NCBI GenBank assembly: GCA_964570795.1
Contig: CAZMYZ010000001.1
Span: 42,722-106,721 of the forward strand
Length of the DNA stretch: 64,000 nucleotides
Source: an uncultured Candidatus Saccharibacteria bacterium
Lineage (GTDB): Bacteria > Patescibacteriota > Minisyncoccia > Phycocordibacterales > UBA918
Direction of reading: 5' to 3'
Position 1 is the first letter of the stretch; every line of letters begins with the position of its first letter. Position numbers and translations under genes: made by a program. Of this stretch, positions 28,967 through 38,424 are shown in pieces. The notes below the pieces were generated by a model. It was not told where the DNA came from, searched no databases, and saw only the letters and a list, made by a program, of their open reading frames with translations.

Positions 28967-29563
28967 TTATGTGTTGTGCGGAAAAATAAAATGATACGGT
29001 GATGGCCAGTGCTGAATGCCATCAAATGGCTGTGCAAACAAAAACCATCGTTTGCAGTGATTTCGCCACCGTGCCCCCACCACATACACACTTCTGTCAC
29101 TACCAACTATATATGCAAGTGTTGGTGTGTGTTCATTCATGGCTAGAACGCTTGTACCGCGTTTGCGTAACGCATAATTTCCAATCAAAAGAACAAAATC
29201 AACCAAACTCATTATCGCAACTGCGTCATGTCCTTGAGGAAGGTGGATATTACCGCTTTTCCGCTCTACACCGCAGGGGAGGTATTCCCCGATGGTTGTG
29301 TCGTTAGCGGTGTGTTCGAGTTGATAGATGCCGTATGTACGTTCGTCAGTGCATCTGCAGATACGACGTTCTGCTTGTAGTAATGCATTAAACAAAATAC
29401 CCACAAATATCCCAGGATCATTGCGTAGTGCGTTAAATAGCGCCTCTTGAGAGTATGCTCGTCCTAATGGGGGGAGTGTTGTTGATGTGATGTACGAGAA
29501 AAGTTCCACTGAATCTCTATTCGTACTCTGAGATAACTTCGTGTCAAAGGGTGTGTACGCCAT
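28967..29563 (-). CDS. Hypothetical protein
   Basis: 198 aa ORF, no recognisable motif. Confidence 0.55.
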   Translation of the reverse strand: MAYTPFDTKLSQSTNRDSVELFSYITSTTLPPLGRAYSQEALFNALRNDPGIFVGILFNALLQAERRICRCTDERTYGIYQLEHTANDTTIGEYLPCGVERKSGNIHLPQGHDAVAIMSLVDFVLLIGNYALRKRGTSVLAMNEHTPTLAYIVGSDRSVYVVGARWRNHCKRWFLFAQPFDGIQHWPSPYHFIFPHNT

Positions 29564-29660
29564 GAAGCCCTCAATAAAAGATCAATTTAAGTACATTATG
29601 TATTTAATTTTTGAAATGTCAATATCACATAAAATGGCCCTACCACTCTGGGTAGGGCCG

Positions 29661-30128
29661 TTACCATCGTTTGATGGGTTTGCATTTGCACTGCTTTACT
29701 TTTGTACCTTTTTTATTGAAGTACACACTCACTTCAAGTTTCTCATGTGCAAGTACACGAGGCACCCACTCTTTATCCGCAGCCCACATGGTGTCGAAAG
29801 GGAGTTGTGCGATGGGGTACCACTCCGGATGCATCTCTTCAGTTTCGGTGGGTTCTCCCTGCCATTTGCGTACGAGATATACAAAGCAGTCGAACACATG
29901 CACTTCATCGAAATAAAAATGCACAAGCGCTGATTCTTGTAAGTCCAGAGTGTTTACCGATAACCCCGACTCTTCTTTGAATTCGCGCACCATCGCGGTA
30001 CGAGGTGTTTCGCCACGTTGTACTTTGCCGCCAAAGCCATTCCATTTACCAGTACCAAAGCCGCACTTTTTCATTCCCAAAAGAACATCAGGACCTCTGA
30101 TACAAAATCCGAGCGTTACCTGTTGCAT
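29661..30128 (-). CDS. Nudix hydrolase, 8-oxo-dGTPase (MTH1/MutT-like)
   Basis: KWNGFGGKVQRGET...REFKEESGL, ETEEM, MWAAD. Confidence 0.85.
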   Translation of the reverse strand: MQQVTLGFCIRGPDVLLGMKKCGFGTGKWNGFGGKVQRGETPRTAMVREFKEESGLSVNTLDLQESALVHFYFDEVHVFDCFVYLVRKWQGEPTETEEMHPEWYPIAQLPFDTMWAADKEWVPRVLAHEKLEVSVYFNKKGTKVKQCKCKPIKRW

Positions 30129-30246
30129 AGCATACCTCCTTTCACAAACTACCTATAATGGTAGCCTATGCACGAGTATTTGAATAGTGTCACCGCAGAC
30201 GATATCTGCTACTATGCTGGAAGATATTTGTGAAAGGAGGTATGCC

Positions 30247-30534
30247 ATGCACGCACTGCAGGTACAGCAGATTGTTGCGAAATATCGTCGGAAACTTCAT
30301 GAAAAGGGAGTCGTTCCCGCTGAGTATCCTAGCGGCGTTATGTGTAATGCACCGAGTAGGGGCCTTGCACACTGCTATATCATCCTCGATGAAATCGATA
30401 CGTATGTACGTGAAGGGTGTATGGACGATGCTCTTTTGCAACTCGGTTTTGTACAGGGGTGTTTGTGGATGTGCAAGGTCTACACCATTACCGAAATTTC
30501 CGAGCATAATCAATCATCGAGTAGTACCTCGTAG
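30247..30534 (+). CDS. Hypothetical protein
   Basis: AAGGAGG SD before ATG at 30247; LGFVQGCLW motif. Confidence 0.6.
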   Translation: MHALQVQQIVAKYRRKLHEKGVVPAEYPSGVMCNAPSRGLAHCYIILDEIDTYVREGCMDDALLQLGFVQGCLWMCKVYTITEISEHNQSSSSTS

Positions 30535-30638
30535 TATCCAAAAAACGCCTGAGCAATTCAGGCGTTTTTATGTCATGCACAGTGTGCAGAGACAATAAAA
30601 CCCCCTCCATGACAGATGTCGTGGAGGGGGTGTGAATG

Positions 30639-32054
30639 TTACATCACCGTAGCACGGGAACGAATGGTTTCGAGAGTGTCGTTTATGAGCACTTCACCAT
30701 TTTTGAAAACAGGACGAAGTAAGTTTTCATATCCGCCTGCCTGTGCTTCTTCTTCTCGCATGGTGCGATATGCTACTGCATCATTTTGAGAAGTTGCAAC
30801 AAGTGCAAGACGTCCTGCCTTCGAACGCTTACCAGGGTCGGTCACCGGATCCTTCATGACGTCTCTCCATTCGTTTTCGATAAGGGCCGCAGAGCATTTG
30901 AATGCAAAACGCTGCGTATCCCTGTCGACTTTCTGGAGAAGGCCGCCGCCAGAACCAAACGCGATATTGTCCGCAGACCATCCGACAGACTTGAGTTGGC
31001 AGAGGATTGTATCAATCATGCTGTAATCAATTCCATCACCCTGGATGACGCGCACCTTCGGGTTGAGCACCCGATAGCCCTTTGCGTTCACTTCATACCC
31101 GAACGCATTTCCAAGCGTTTCAAGTACTCTGCGCACAACATCAGGCGGGTAGCCAGAGTCAGGACGGACGACGAGGGTCCCTTCACGTGCGAGCACGTGT
31201 TCACGGAGTTCTTCACCCCAGAGACGCTTCGTTGCGTGGTAGATGTCGTAACTGTCAGACACCACCGCCACGAGACCGGTTGGGAATTGTTCGAGCATGT
31301 TGCGGTATGCAGCAATTTCACCATCCTTACCCCATGACGTTATCGTGGAGTGTTCAGCCGCCGGGATAGAGAATCCCGCCATCGCTTCGCCGTAGTACTT
31401 CTTGGCTATGCGGACACCTTGGAAGGTGTCGGTCCCCTTGAAGGAGACAAGATGGGACAGTCCACCGATACCCGCTGATTCTACCGACGTCGATCCGCGA
31501 AAACCAAAATCGTGTACCTTGAAGTCGAGGAGTTCGGGGGTGCCCGTATCCTTGAGAAAACGGAGTACGAGTTTCTTCATCTCGCGGCTTTGGGTGGCAA
31601 CCGTTGAGGGGTACCAGAGCATTGAGAGAAGTGTTTCGACGTAGTTCGTCACCCAGGGGAACTCGGGATCGGTATTTTCTACCGTCATGAGCACATTGTG
31701 GGACGGAACAGTGAGTCCCTCAGGCACTGCGCGGATGATGATGGGTAGCCGCCCACCGTGAACAGTGAGAAGTCGTTCCCACCCATCCTTGTTGAAGATA
31801 TCGCTTCCGCCGAAGTGGGCTTCAAAGTCCGCCTCAGCTTCTTCGAGGTCGCTGCGTCCGATGACGACTCCCTCGAGGTAGCGTTTCAGGTAGTACTGGA
31901 GGCCGAAGAAGGTGACACCAGGGAAGCGGCCGCCGCGGCTTTCGAAGAATGAAAAAACCTTCGAAGTATGCGGTGGGTATTGCTTCCAGTGTGAGACCTT
32001 GTAACTGTCGGTTAATTCGATCATGTTTACTTCAGGCATAATACGTGCGTTCAT
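30639..32054 (-). CDS. nadV: Nicotinamide phosphoribosyltransferase (NAMPT)
   Basis: TDSYKVSHW, HDFGFRG, FKGTDT, SIPAAEHS, VVSDSYD, VRPDSG, IQGDG, FGSGGGLLQK; AAGGAG SD before 32054. Confidence 0.93.
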   Translation of the reverse strand: MNARIMPEVNMIELTDSYKVSHWKQYPPHTSKVFSFFESRGGRFPGVTFFGLQYYLKRYLEGVVIGRSDLEEAEADFEAHFGGSDIFNKDGWERLLTVHGGRLPIIIRAVPEGLTVPSHNVLMTVENTDPEFPWVTNYVETLLSMLWYPSTVATQSREMKKLVLRFLKDTGTPELLDFKVHDFGFRGSTSVESAGIGGLSHLVSFKGTDTFQGVRIAKKYYGEAMAGFSIPAAEHSTITSWGKDGEIAAYRNMLEQFPTGLVAVVSDSYDIYHATKRLWGEELREHVLAREGTLVVRPDSGYPPDVVRRVLETLGNAFGYEVNAKGYRVLNPKVRVIQGDGIDYSMIDTILCQLKSVGWSADNIAFGSGGGLLQKVDRDTQRFAFKCSAALIENEWRDVMKDPVTDPGKRSKAGRLALVATSQNDAVAYRTMREEEAQAGGYENLLRPVFKNGEVLINDTLETIRSRATVM

Positions 32055-32064
32055 GACTTTCTCC

Positions 32065-32961
32065 TTACGTGGTCTGGGTGAGTGTCTGTATGAGCAGTTC
32101 ACCAAGGGGTTTGTGTTCAGGCGTGAGTACTTCGTGTATCTGCTCGTATGGGAACCATCCGAGAGCATCGAGGTCGTCGCCTGCGCGTGGTGCTCCAAAA
32201 ACATATGGAGCGACAAAGAACGAACTGATAATGCAGTCAGCGTCTTTTCGATACCGCCAATCATCGATAACTTTCGAACCGATGTAGACTGGAGTACCGA
32301 TTTCAAGACCAGACGTTTCTTCGAACGTTTCTCTCCGAACCGCTGCTTCAAGTGACGTATCACTTGTGGGGTCAAAAAATCCGCCAACAAATCGCCACTT
32401 TCCCATGTCCCGCTTTTTCTGCCCCAGCAATACCTCACGCGTTTCTGTGCGGATAATTGCAACATCAATGACAGGGTAGGGAATAGGCGCACGTTCTACT
32501 TGTGCGTGAATGAGCCCCTTTCTGAAGTCGACACTGCGCTCAACGTTTTGGCATTGCGTGCGCATCGAGGTGCCGTCGGGTGACGATACTGATTTCAGTT
32601 GCTCGGTAGCATAGTGTCCGGAGTAGTGGGGGAGGAACGAATCCCTCGACCCATACAGAGTCACCGTATGTCCCGGGAAAAGTGCACTGATGGTTGCATC
32701 AAGATTCTTGCTCCACTCATCGTCTGAGGGGTGGTCAAAAATCTGGGCAGCGAGCGCATGAGGGTACTCAGCGAGAAGCATTTCTCTTCGAATTTCGAAC
32801 GAGAGAGGGTTGCGGGGAGTGGGTAAACCCCTCTCCGACCCAAGGAAGATGAGAAAATCATCATTATTGTGTGAAGCGTAGTCGAGGAGGTACCGATGTC
32901 CCTGATGAATTTCAGGAACTTGAAATCTCCCCACCACCACACCAAGAGTTCTCTTTTTCAT
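32065..32961 (-). CDS. nadM: Bifunctional NMN adenylyltransferase / Nudix (ADP-ribose pyrophosphatase), NadM-Nudix
   Basis: N-terminal GRFQ...HQGH (HxGH), RNPLSF; C-terminal GGF...RRETFEE Nudix box, AGDD. Confidence 0.85.
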   Translation of the reverse strand: MKKRTLGVVVGRFQVPEIHQGHRYLLDYASHNNDDFLIFLGSERGLPTPRNPLSFEIRREMLLAEYPHALAAQIFDHPSDDEWSKNLDATISALFPGHTVTLYGSRDSFLPHYSGHYATEQLKSVSSPDGTSMRTQCQNVERSVDFRKGLIHAQVERAPIPYPVIDVAIIRTETREVLLGQKKRDMGKWRFVGGFFDPTSDTSLEAAVRRETFEETSGLEIGTPVYIGSKVIDDWRYRKDADCIISSFFVAPYVFGAPRAGDDLDALGWFPYEQIHEVLTPEHKPLGELLIQTLTQTT

Positions 32962-33010
32962 GATTGTTTCCTTTCGCTAGATGATGTCAAAGAACGAATA
33001 ACCGAGTCAG

Positions 33011-33039
33011 TTAGATAGTGTTATAACTACACTATCTAA
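33011..33039. promoter_or_regulatory. Putative NrtR operator 1
   Basis: ttagatagtGT-tataact-ACactatctaa. Confidence 0.8.
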
Positions 33040-33061
33040 ACCTAAAAAAATATGAACGGGA

Positions 33062-33096
33062 TTATTACTAAGTGTATGATATACACTTAGTAATAA
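33062..33096. promoter_or_regulatory. Putative NrtR operator 2
   Basis: ttattactaagtGT-atgatat-ACacttagtaataa, 16-bp arms. Confidence 0.8.
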
Positions 33097-33131
33097 AAAG
33101 TCAAGAGGGGAAGTTGTGAATACCGTATGTA

Positions 33132-33818
33132 CTACAAAACCTCGATTTCTTTTACTACGGAGGAAGAGAAACTATAGAGTTCAGCGGGGCGGAAGGCGCC
33201 TCCGGTACGCTTGCGATTAAGCGCCGTGAGCACATGCATTTTGAGAATCTTTTTTCTGAAGTTTCGTTTATCGAGATTGGTTTTCAGGATACTCTCGTAT
33301 ACCATCTCGAGTTCGGTAAGGGTAAATTCTTTCGGCATGAGTTTTGCCACTATAGTGGTGTAGGTTGCCCTCGCGCGCAGGCGTAGGTGTGCGGTCTTCA
33401 GAATTAAATCATGGTCGTAGGCAAGTCCACGTGCCTCTTCGATAGGAGTCCACCATGCATCATCGGTGTTTTCACGTTCACGCGTACTGAGGTTGTCCCA
33501 GGGAATAAGTGCAGTGTATCCAACAGCAACAACACGTCCACGGGGGTCGCGTGCAAGTTCACTGAAGGTATACAACTGCTCTATATAGGTAGTGCTCTCA
33601 ATGTGTCCTTTTGTTTTCACAATACGGACTGCTGCCTCCTCGGCAGTTTCCTTTGGGTCAATAAGTCCACCGGGGAGACCCATGCTATTGGGGAAGTGTG
33701 GGGGGCGATGTACGGGAGCAAGACGAATAAGAAGTCTGCCGTCACGCACGGTCATGAGTGCAACATCGACTGCGAGCACTGCAAAACGCAAATGTGGTTC
33801 ACCAGTATTTTTTTTCAT
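33132..33818 (-). CDS. nrtR: NrtR transcriptional repressor (Nudix plus wHTH)
   Basis: LPGG, EQLYTF, RDPRGRVV, LAYDH, FTLTEL, DKRNFRKKI, RPAELY. Confidence 0.9.
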   Translation of the reverse strand: MKKNTGEPHLRFAVLAVDVALMTVRDGRLLIRLAPVHRPPHFPNSMGLPGGLIDPKETAEEAAVRIVKTKGHIESTTYIEQLYTFSELARDPRGRVVAVGYTALIPWDNLSTRERENTDDAWWTPIEEARGLAYDHDLILKTAHLRLRARATYTTIVAKLMPKEFTLTELEMVYESILKTNLDKRNFRKKILKMHVLTALNRKRTGGAFRPAELYSFSSSVVKEIEVL

Positions 33819-33843
33819 ATGCAAATTGTACAACGACGATTAT

Positions 33844-33904
33844 TATTGTCAATGATACACTATCATAACGCTACTTGCATATAGATAGTGTATATGATAC
33901 ACTA
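33844..33904. promoter_or_regulatory. Putative NrtR operators 3 and 4 in the divergent nrtR/pnuC promoter
   Basis: tattGT-caatgat-ACacta and tagtGT-atatgat-ACacta. Confidence 0.75.
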
Positions 33905-33932
33905 AGTTAGTTATTCATTTAATATCACTAGT

Positions 33933-34634
33933 ATGATTTCATTTAAAACAGGGTTGGTACGAATGTTGGGGAATGTACAAGACTATCGCGAGAGCATATT
34001 CGTTGCACTTGCTATGTTTGGTGTGACTGTTGCATATGAACTTGCATCATCGTATGTCTTTCCAGATTTTAGTTTTAATCTCTATGAGTTTATTGGTACA
34101 TGGAGTGGATTGGTGACGGTATGGCTTTGTCGTACTGAGAATGTGTTGTGTTGGCCGTGGGGAATCGTGAGCGCGATTATGTTTGGATTCTTCTTCGGAG
34201 ATATTGGTCTTCCCGGTCAGCAATGGCTCAATTGGGGATATTTTTTCGTTATTCAAATATGGGCATGGCCTCACTGGGCATTTGGAGGAGAGGCTCATTC
34301 AGAACTCAAAGTATCATTTTTGAGTGGATGGGGACGGCTGTGTGCATTTGCGGGAATGGTACTTGGTGCTGTGGGTATCTACGTACTCATTGATGTATTT
34401 GCGCCAGGGTCACAGTATCCTGCACTCGATGCGACAATTGTATCGGCGAGTGTGGTAGCGCAGTTTCTCTTAGGTCGAAAAAATGTAGAGAGTTGGTATC
34501 TATGGCTTGGTCCCGTAAATGCACTTTCGATTATGCTCTTTTACGTGGCGGGTGCGTATACCGTGATGGCACTCTATATAGCATTTTTTATCCACGCACT
34601 CTTTGCTATTAAAAGTTGGCGTGCACAGGTTTAA
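33933..34634 (+). CDS. pnuC: Nicotinamide riboside transporter
   Basis: CWPWGIVS, LDATI, AQFLLGRKNVESWYLW; multiple TM. Confidence 0.88.
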   Translation: MISFKTGLVRMLGNVQDYRESIFVALAMFGVTVAYELASSYVFPDFSFNLYEFIGTWSGLVTVWLCRTENVLCWPWGIVSAIMFGFFFGDIGLPGQQWLNWGYFFVIQIWAWPHWAFGGEAHSELKVSFLSGWGRLCAFAGMVLGAVGIYVLIDVFAPGSQYPALDATIVSASVVAQFLLGRKNVESWYLWLGPVNALSIMLFYVAGAYTVMALYIAFFIHALFAIKSWRAQV

Positions 34635-34656
34635 TTATTCGCATAATACTACGACT

Positions 34657-35619
34657 ATGTTTTCAAGAGGACTCATCATAGGAAAATTTTATCCGCCACA
34701 TCGTGGGCATAAGTACCTCATTGATCGTGCACGCAGCGCATGCAAATCATTGACGGTTATCCTTTGCTACAAACAGACAGAAACCATTCCCGGTATACTT
34801 CGCGCAGCGTGGCTTCAGCGCATACATCCCGATGTACGAGTGCTCGTTGTCGAGGATAATAAACTTGCTGATGATGATTCGGAGGGGTGGGCAAAATTTA
34901 CAATTGAGATTTTGGGGTATGTTCCCGATGCTGTTTTCACATCAGAAGCATATGGTGACCCATATGCTTCATTTATGGGGACGGTGCATGTACTGGTCGA
35001 TAAAGCACGCACACACGTTCCTATTTCTGCGACGATGGTGCGTAGCAATCCTTTGAAGTATGCAGACTTTCTTGAGCCGTGTGTACGTGCATACTTTGCG
35101 AGAAGAGTCTGTGTCTTGGGTGCTGAATCAACTGGTACAACGACGCTTTCGATGGCACTTGCGGAGCACTATCATACCGTCTGGGTTCCTGAAGATGGAC
35201 GTATGTATTCTTTAGGAAAGATTCATGGTGATGCATACGCGGCCTGGAGGACAGATGAGTTTGTTCATATTGCAGAAGCACAAAATGAACTTGAGGATAC
35301 GTTGGCTGAATCCTCAAATGGACTGGTTATATGTGACACCAACGCATTCGCAACCGCAATCTGGCATGAGCGATATATGGGTACACGTTCAAAGGAGGTT
35401 GAGGATATTGGTGATTCTCGAGAGTATGCACTCTATATCGTGACCGGTGATGAAATCCCTTTTGAAGATGACGGATTACGCGATGGGGAACATATACGTC
35501 ACGCTATGCATACACGATTCATTGAGCGGCTTATCGAAGAAAAGAAGCATTTCATTGTCGTGACCGGTTCACGAGAAGAACGACTCCAGAAAGCAATAGA
35601 GGCAATTAATGCGCTTTGA
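34657..35619 (+). CDS. nadR: NadR-like NMN adenylyltransferase / ribosylnicotinamide kinase
   Basis: GKFYPPHRGH, VFTSEAYG, ISATMVR, GAESTGTTTL, ICDT, DDGLRD. Confidence 0.87.
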   Translation: MFSRGLIIGKFYPPHRGHKYLIDRARSACKSLTVILCYKQTETIPGILRAAWLQRIHPDVRVLVVEDNKLADDDSEGWAKFTIEILGYVPDAVFTSEAYGDPYASFMGTVHVLVDKARTHVPISATMVRSNPLKYADFLEPCVRAYFARRVCVLGAESTGTTTLSMALAEHYHTVWVPEDGRMYSLGKIHGDAYAAWRTDEFVHIAEAQNELEDTLAESSNGLVICDTNAFATAIWHERYMGTRSKEVEDIGDSREYALYIVTGDEIPFEDDGLRDGEHIRHAMHTRFIERLIEEKKHFIVVTGSREERLQKAIEAINAL

Positions 35620-35777
35620 GCATATAGGATTCTACGTAGTTACGTTATTGCTGTCAGGGGAGATTCGATTTTTGCTTGACTAGTTCGTCCAGGATGAAAT
35701 TACATTTAAATGACTAAATGATGCAAAGTCAAAGTCTCGACTTTTTAAGAATCTGTTCGAATAAGACGTTTTGTGTG

Positions 35778-35922
35778 TGGAGGCGGAGGGATTCGAACAT
35801 TACATGTTCAGTACCCGTTCAGGATAGTTTTGTTCGCCTTAAGGCTCCAAAACTATCTCTGAATGGCTTCGAATCCTGAACAGTCTCCCAGACTGTTCAT
35901 CTCCGCTTTCGCGGTGCTCAAG
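35778..35922 (-). repeat. tRNA-Ser(GGA) 3' trailer element (antisense and sense copies of the tRNA 3' end with inserted hairpins)
   Basis: ggaggcggagggattcgaac at 35779; ttcgaatcc[tgaacagtctcccagactgttca]tctccgc at about 35868-35906. Confidence 0.8.
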
Positions 35923-36007
35923 CGGAGGCGAGAGGATTTGAACCTCCGAGGGCTTGCACCCTACTCGCTTTCCAAGCGAGCGCACTAGACCACTATGCGA
36001 CGCCTCC
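35923..36007 (-). tRNA. tRNA-Ser(GGA)
   Basis: Cloverleaf with long variable arm; anticodon arm ctcgc-tt-GGA-aa-gcgag. Confidence 0.95.
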
Positions 36008-36117
36008 GTATGTTATTTGATTATATCTCCTATGAGTGCAAACCTTCTAGTTTTCGTCCTATCATTCTTTGAATGCCTAACAGACGCTGTACACCTTATG
36101 AAGCGCACTATCGTCCT

Positions 36118-36222
36118 ACAGACGCTGTTCATGTTGTATGATAGTTTCTTCCGTTGGTCGAAACTACCAACAACCTCTTGAGGAAGTCTCCCAGACTTCC
36201 TCACACTATGCGACGCCTCCGT
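36118..36222 (-). repeat. tRNA-Ser(GGA) 5' leader element with an exact 19-nt copy of the tRNA 5' end
   Basis: cactatgcgacgcctccgt at 36204-36222 equals 35991-36009; hairpin module shared with 54370-54420. Confidence 0.8.
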
Positions 36223-36303
36223 GTAAGGTCCTATCTTACAAGATTTTTTTGTATCTATCTAGCATTTGTGGGAAAAATAGAAAGGCGGTATCGTAGTAGT
36301 ACT

Positions 36304-36825
36304 ATGACCAAACATGTCTACACAATTCTTATATCCACGTTTGTCTTTGGCTTCGTAACGGGGGCGATACTGTTTCTCTACAACAATACTGGTGGGGAGG
36401 GGGATGGTGAACCGGTGCATATTGAGGATGCGGCGGCTATTTCAGTGACGGCATATCGGTATGGTGGCTGCGCGCGCGGAGATGGTTGTGCATCATACCG
36501 CATTACCGACGATGGCACCTATGAATACATTGTGCGCAGTCGTGCTGATGGAGAAACACGCTTTGCAGACACTTTGAATAGTGCCGAGAAAAATGCTCTT
36601 TTTAAGGCGTTGAAAGGCACTAATCTTGAATCTCTTTTAGATACTGCTTTTACCGGAACATGTCCTGTGGAATATGATGGTACGGGCTATCGCTACAATA
36701 TTACGTATTATGATACGCAATACTCGTTTGATACCTGTGTGCAGGATTTGGAAAATGAGCCGCTTTTCATAACGCTCGCTGATTATTTTGAGATGTTTAG
36801 TAACACATACACGATATCAGAATAA
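36304..36825 (+). CDS. Hypothetical membrane-anchored protein
   Basis: ATG at 36304, N-terminal TM, 4 Cys. Confidence 0.65.
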   Translation: MTKHVYTILISTFVFGFVTGAILFLYNNTGGEGDGEPVHIEDAAAISVTAYRYGGCARGDGCASYRITDDGTYEYIVRSRADGETRFADTLNSAEKNALFKALKGTNLESLLDTAFTGTCPVEYDGTGYRYNITYYDTQYSFDTCVQDLENEPLFITLADYFEMFSNTYTISE

Positions 36826-36844
36826 GTGCGGTATGATAGCAAAG

Positions 36845-37483
36845 ATGCGAATAGGTTTATTACTATTGTTGTACATACTTTTTTCTCCGCACGCAGAGGC
36901 GTATGTGCCTGTTTTGGTGGAACAAGAGTCACTGAGTGACATTACGCAAATTACTGACCCTACACTCGCACAGGGTTTTTTTGGTACGCTTGATGACTTT
37001 CCACAGACATATGAAATTCATGCATCTGAGACCTTCACCCTCTATACACATATACGTACTCCCGACTTACCTACAAATACGAACGCGGTTGCAGGAATAA
37101 TTATAAAGGAACAGCGGCGAGGGGTTACCGAGATAACCCGCATGCATGCTAAAGATGCATCATGGGAAACGACATATGACGCACTTACCGGAAATTCCTA
37201 CCGTGAAGGAGCGACGTTTGAACAGGAACTTGGTCCTGGAGTGTATCGTATTGAAGTACACACGCCCGATAATGCAGAAAAATATATACTCATGGTGGGG
37301 AGACAGAACGACATGACTCTCGGTTACTTTGATCTTTTGGGTCGATTGATGGATGTGCAGCGGTTTAATGAGCGAAGCGCTTTTTGGGTCATTACTTCAC
37401 CATATGTATACGTGCCCCTTTTGATTATTGTGAGTGTAGTAGGTGGACTGTGGTGGTATATGCGCAGACGGGAGGTGGAGTAG
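36845..37483 (+). CDS. Hypothetical secreted/membrane protein
   Basis: Signal peptide and C-terminal TM. Confidence 0.65.
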   Translation: MRIGLLLLLYILFSPHAEAYVPVLVEQESLSDITQITDPTLAQGFFGTLDDFPQTYEIHASETFTLYTHIRTPDLPTNTNAVAGIIIKEQRRGVTEITRMHAKDASWETTYDALTGNSYREGATFEQELGPGVYRIEVHTPDNAEKYILMVGRQNDMTLGYFDLLGRLMDVQRFNERSAFWVITSPYVYVPLLIIVSVVGGLWWYMRRREVE

Positions 37484-37498
37484 TGATATACTGTAGTT

Positions 37499-37906
37499 AT
37501 GTTTTCATCACTCAATGAAGTTGCAATATTGGTTGCGGCAATCCTCGCAGTGTCTGTGGAGAGCATTTGGTACTCTCCACTTGTATTTGGTTCTGTGTGG
37601 AAAAAGTCCGCGGGTCTAACGCAGTATACAGAAGATGTTTCTACACTCCATATACTACGTATCACCGCGCAGTCGGTGGTTATGTACACACTTTTCTTTA
37701 TATGTGCCATGCAGGTACTCCACATACTCGGCGACGCAGTAACCTTTCTTCAGGGTGTGGGACTGCTCTGTGTACTTATAGTTACTTCTTTGATACTTGT
37801 TGCATGTCGTGAATTTCGCTCATGGATGTATGTAGCAGTTCATACGGGTTTTATTGTTACTACTCTTTTTGGTGGTTTGGGCGTCATTGTGTATTGGCCA
37901 TGGTAA
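37499..37906 (+). CDS. DUF1761-like membrane protein
   Basis: IWYSPLVFGSVW motif, 4 TM. Confidence 0.7.
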   Translation: MFSSLNEVAILVAAILAVSVESIWYSPLVFGSVWKKSAGLTQYTEDVSTLHILRITAQSVVMYTLFFICAMQVLHILGDAVTFLQGVGLLCVLIVTSLILVACREFRSWMYVAVHTGFIVTTLFGGLGVIVYWPW

Positions 37907-37930
37907 TTATTTACTGTATGCAACATATAT

Positions 37931-38407
37931 ATGTTTAATAAAATTCAAATAATACTCATTGTATTTCTTATTCCTCTCGGTGGTTTATATTTGTACGCAG
38001 AAAGTCAAAATACTACTATTAAAGAATTTTTCTTTCCTTCTACCCCTGTGGTGCACTTTGGTGATTTACCGGTACGTGTGGAAATTGTGGATTCAGAGGC
38101 AGAGCGAGCAAAAGGGCTTTCGGGAAGAACAGAAATTGGCGATCACCATTCAGGTATGTTTTTCATCTTCCCAAAGGCTGACTATATTGGTATTTGGATG
38201 AAGGATATGAAATTTCCTATTGATATTGTGTGGATAGATGCGGATTTAAATGTGATCGGCATTGAACGTAATGTGGCGACGGATACGTACCCGCGTATTT
38301 TCCATCCAGAAAAGCCAGTACAATACGTACTTGAGACTGAGGTGGGGTATAGCGATTTGGTGGGAATACATGTTGGACAGAAAGTCCGCATTCCTCTTGA
38401 GTATTAG
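37931..38407 (+). CDS. DUF192 domain protein
   Basis: RAKGLSGR, GMFFIF, WMKDMKFPIDIVW, YVLE. Confidence 0.85.
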   Translation: MFNKIQIILIVFLIPLGGLYLYAESQNTTIKEFFFPSTPVVHFGDLPVRVEIVDSEAERAKGLSGRTEIGDHHSGMFFIFPKADYIGIWMKDMKFPIDIVWIDADLNVIGIERNVATDTYPRIFHPEKPVQYVLETEVGYSDLVGIHVGQKVRIPLEY

Positions 38408-38424
38408 TATAAATGTTGTATAAT

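Noticed and set aside
32055-32492. 146-aa N-terminal extension of NAMPT in the ORF track
   Set aside because: It overlaps nadM in another frame. A clear AAGGAG SD precedes ATG 32054, and NAMPT motifs start right after it.
35778-36222. Split, permuted or intron-containing tRNA genes
   Set aside because: An intact uninterrupted tRNA is present at each locus, and the extra fragments lack anticodon arms.
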